A model generated the notes under the pieces. The model did not search any database. It was given only the letters and a program-made list of their open reading frames with translations, and was not told the DNA's origin. This document shows positions 63,773-64,000 of a stretch of DNA of 64,000 nt, piece after piece. How positions within the stretch are numbered: the first letter of the stretch is position 1; the number at the start of each line of letters is the position of its first letter. Made by a program: the position numbers and the translations under genes. Source of the stretch: Octopus vulgaris. Taxonomy: Eukaryota. The stretch covers positions 159,216,001 through 159,280,000 of the forward strand of contig OX597815.1 in the NCBI GenBank assembly GCA_951406725.2, read 5' to 3'.

Positions 63773-64000
63773 ATTACTAAGTACTGCAATTGATGTGACT
63801 GACTAAACTTTTAAAGGTGGTGCCCTGGTCTGGCTATAGTTCAGTGACTGGAGTCAACAAACAAATGTACCTAATTAAGAAAGTAAATTTAATTTTTCTG
63901 TTTTATTCTTTGCGTTTCTTTCATTTCCTAAATTTAGGAAGGTTCAACCTTTTAGTCATTCATTTCAAAATGAACAAATTTCTGCAAAACTTAGTAAATT

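Overview
This is AT-rich, repeat-dense animal genomic DNA. The SINE/RTE repeat landscape and abundant (TA)n/(CA)n tracts suggest an octopus (inference from recalled repeat families, not a database hit). The left 38 kb holds six coding exons of a minus-strand TSEN54 gene (tRNA-splicing endonuclease subunit Sen54): 38005-38063, 30618-30782, 28839-28902, 27138-27221, 15286-15434 and 3580-4601. All junctions are GT-AG and phase-compatible; the 3' exons probably lie beyond the left edge. A CpG-richer, SINE-poor zone (~37.5-41 kb) looks like a bidirectional promoter, with a possible first exon of a divergent plus-strand gene at ~38.8 kb. The rest is intronic or intergenic. It contains several tRNA-derived SINE families, an RTE LINE family whose RT carries an inserted PHD-type zinc finger and which sits in (TA)n tracts, CR1-like fragments, two IR/DR-type Tc1 relics, hAT and piggyBac MITEs, non-autonomous Helitrons and several long fold-back hairpins. 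The most notable non-obvious signal is a set of type I hammerhead ribozyme motifs. Two are in tandem, 346 nt apart, on the TSEN54 sense strand (retrozyme/Penelope-like architecture); a third, unrelated one lies at 5447-5524. Most ORF-track entries are spurious translations of repeats.
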